IMG/VR virus record: IMGVR_UViG_3300020161_000999
Coordinates: 1 to 34,727 of that record
Source of the DNA: a virus
Taxonomy: Duplodnaviria; Caudoviricetes
Strand: one strand, 5' to 3'
Length of the DNA stretch: 34,727 nucleotides
Part shown: positions 32,875 to 34,727 of the stretch, in pieces
Layout of the letters: each line of letters starts with the position of its first letter
Position numbering within the stretch: position 1 is the stretch's first letter
The notes under the pieces: generated by a model
Told to the model about the DNA's origin: nothing
The model's input: the letters and a program-made list of their open reading frames with translations, nothing else
The model's database searches: none
Made by a program: the position numbers and the translations under genes

Positions 32875-33233
32875 TCCGCACCCCCTTGAATGATCGCCCG
32901 CCCCTTGGCCGTCACGCGGCAGACCCGCTGCATCTCGCCCGCCTGGCTGCGCCGCTCTTCGCCCGTGGCTTCGATGTAGCCCGCGTCGAGGAGCTCGCCG
33001 CACCGCTTCCAGTAGCAGCAGCCCTTCTTCTCGCTGAGCCCGGCGAGGTCGCCCGCCTGCTCGTTCGTCAACGCGCCGTAGGTGAGGTACTGCATGAGCA
33101 GCGCCCACCGCTGCGAGCCAGCGCGCACCACGATCTCCTTAGAGACCGCGCACCGGATCGGCAGGTCGATCCTCGGCTCGGGCCGCGCCGCGAACAGCGG
33201 CAGGTCGCAGTTGTCGTCAATGAACACGCCCAT
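32871..33233 (-). CDS. Winged-helix DNA-binding protein
   Basis: LTNEQ...WKRCGELLDAGYIE...VTAKG. Confidence 0.65.
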   Translation of the reverse strand: MGVFIDDNCDLPLFAARPEPRIDLPIRCAVSKEIVVRAGSQRWALLMQYLTYGALTNEQAGDLAGLSEKKGCCYWKRCGELLDAGYIEATGEERRSQAGEMQRVCRVTAKGRAIIQGGAE

Positions 33234-33339
33234 TTCCTTGAGCCCTCCGTTTCCTTGAGTTGGCCGCGTAACGTGCGGCATCCGGTCGAGTCACTGGCCG
33301 GGAGTTTTTTTGTTTGGGCCAGCCTCGGCTGCGGTGGAT

Positions 33340-33783
33340 TCAGGCGTCTCCCGCTTCGCCACCGCTGCCCTCTTGCGGGCTTCCCCCTGCGGCTGGGGCT
33401 GTTTCTTCTTTCGCATCTGCGTCCACGAGTCGTGCCACGCCATCGTCCTGCCCTTTCCAAGTTGCTGCGTCTCTGATGCTTCGCCTGGCCGACAGCCACG
33501 CGGCCATCAGTCGGTTGTTCCACCGGCCGTCCCACTCCTCGCCATCAAGGGCGTCGAGCAGTAGGACGAGCCGGGCATGAAGCCACTTCGCGTTATTGAC
33601 GATCTGCTCGTCGGTCAGCATCGGAAGCGGCGTCGGTGCTCGGCGCGGCCCGGCCTGGGCAGGGCGGGATCGCTGCGGGCCGATGCCGCCCTGCCGGGCT
33701 TCGTGCTCGTTCCATTCATCCGTGGTGGGCGGGTGGCCCTCGTTCACGCCACGGAGCTTGATGGAGAAGTGCGAGTCCTTCAT
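33340..33783 (-). CDS. Hypothetical protein (147 aa)
   Basis: ATGA overlap with the RecT-like gene. Confidence 0.65.
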   Translation of the reverse strand: MKDSHFSIKLRGVNEGHPPTTDEWNEHEARQGGIGPQRSRPAQAGPRRAPTPLPMLTDEQIVNNAKWLHARLVLLLDALDGEEWDGRWNNRLMAAWLSARRSIRDAATWKGQDDGVARLVDADAKEETAPAAGGSPQEGSGGEAGDA

Positions 33784-34583
33784 CGGGCTTGTGCCTCCGA
33801 CATGAGGCCGTCGAGCTTGGCGTGGATCGCCTTGCAGATCTCCTGGTGCTCGGCGTCGGTGAAGGTGCCGTCGCCCAGCCGCTCGTCTGCGGTCGTGCGA
33901 AGGGCTTCCAGCCGATCCACCGTGCTGGCCCGCGAGACTGCCGCTCTGGCCTTCTCAATGGCCGATGGTGCGAGGGCGACTTGCACCGCTGCGGGCACCG
34001 GCGTCTCGGGCTGGCTCACCTTCACGGTGGCCGGTTCCGTGGCCGGGTAGTCCTGGGCCTCTTCGGCTGTGATGAGCCCACGCAGGGCGTCAGCGAAGGC
34101 GTTGCGGAGAGCAAAGCCCCTTGCTCGCAGGGCCAGCATCCGGCTCGTGTACTGCGACCAAGGGCCGCTCTTGCCCAAGAGGCCAGCCTTCTCGGCGTCA
34201 GCGATGGAGAACCGGACAATCGTCGGTGCCGGGTAGCCACGCCGCTTGACCTCGCAGACGGCGGTCAGCGTCTTGCCCTCGCCCTCCAGCGTCTCGCGGA
34301 CGTACTCGCAGACCGGCGACGCCTGCACGAGAGCCAGGGCCGCATCGCCCCAGATCGTCGGCCTGCCGTTGATCACCGCGATGCTCTGGAGCGATTGCAT
34401 CGGGGAGAGGCCGACTTCGCTGCCGTGCTGAATCGCCAGCAGGCAGGATTCTGGCTTGCCCTTGAAATCCTTCGGGGCGAAGTCCGAGGCCGAGACCATC
34501 TTGGCGAACCGAAAAGCATCATCAAACGAGGCGAGAGCCAACCCTCTCGCTGGTGCCGTGTTTGTGCTGAGCTCCGTGCCCAT
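33780..34583 (-). CDS. recT: RecT-like single-strand annealing recombinase
   Basis: GKP...AIQHG.EVGLSPMQSLQSIAVINGRP...W..Y..RML..RA...LR.AF.D.L.G...EE. Confidence 0.8.
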   Translation of the reverse strand: MGTELSTNTAPARGLALASFDDAFRFAKMVSASDFAPKDFKGKPESCLLAIQHGSEVGLSPMQSLQSIAVINGRPTIWGDAALALVQASPVCEYVRETLEGEGKTLTAVCEVKRRGYPAPTIVRFSIADAEKAGLLGKSGPWSQYTSRMLALRARGFALRNAFADALRGLITAEEAQDYPATEPATVKVSQPETPVPAAVQVALAPSAIEKARAAVSRASTVDRLEALRTTADERLGDGTFTDAEHQEICKAIHAKLDGLMSEAQAR

Positions 34584-34705
34584 GTTTCCGTTTCCTTTCG
34601 TGATGAAATCCCGGCTCCGCGTCCTGCCTTGCCGGGCCGTTTCCTTCCGTGGCCAACCCGGTTCCACCGGGCTCCGTAATCACTCTTGGGTGGGGCGTTC
34701 TAAAT

Positions 34706-34720
34706 GGGGGGGGGGGGGGG
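34706..34720. repeat. Poly-G tract (15 G) at right end
   Basis: Seen directly. Confidence 0.9.
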
Positions 34721-34727
34721 AAATACC

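Larger units (their letters stand above)
1..34727. mobile_element. Temperate tailed phage (HK97-like siphovirus), near-complete genome
   Basis: Terminase, portal, protease, capsid, neck, tape measure, integrase and replication genes are all present; no block of host housekeeping genes. Confidence 0.95.

Overview
This is a near-complete ~34.7 kb genome of a temperate, GC-rich siphovirus with HK97-type head and packaging genes. The host is unknown; a Planctomycetota-like host is only my impression. Both ends are poly-G tracts that probably join into one locus. Nearly all genes are on the minus strand. In transcription order they are: early/replication genes (RecT-like, PD-(D/E)xK and PLD nucleases, replication initiator, LexA-type HTH, DnaN clamp, RusA); a methyltransferase and CAP59-like glycosyltransferase; a membrane-protein/papain-like peptidase cluster; a collagen fibre with chaperone; a repeat-delimited accessory array; HNH-terS-terL-portal-protease-capsid; a second glycosyltransferase; neck genes; three short tail-tube-like paralogues; a frameshifted tail chaperone; tape measure; tail tip; and a metallophosphoesterase/DUF1599 module. 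A tyrosine integrase on the plus strand diverges from a small control region with repeated operators. The top finding is that terL is interrupted, between Walker B and the coupling motif, by a 51-nt in-frame insert. The insert folds into a 17-bp GAGA-tetraloop hairpin and carries a UGA stop, implying recoding (bypass, readthrough or RNA excision) in an essential gene. The second finding is a cassette-like array delimited by GTGCGCTA repeats at 19991-21058. All calls come from reading motifs by eye; no database searches were run.
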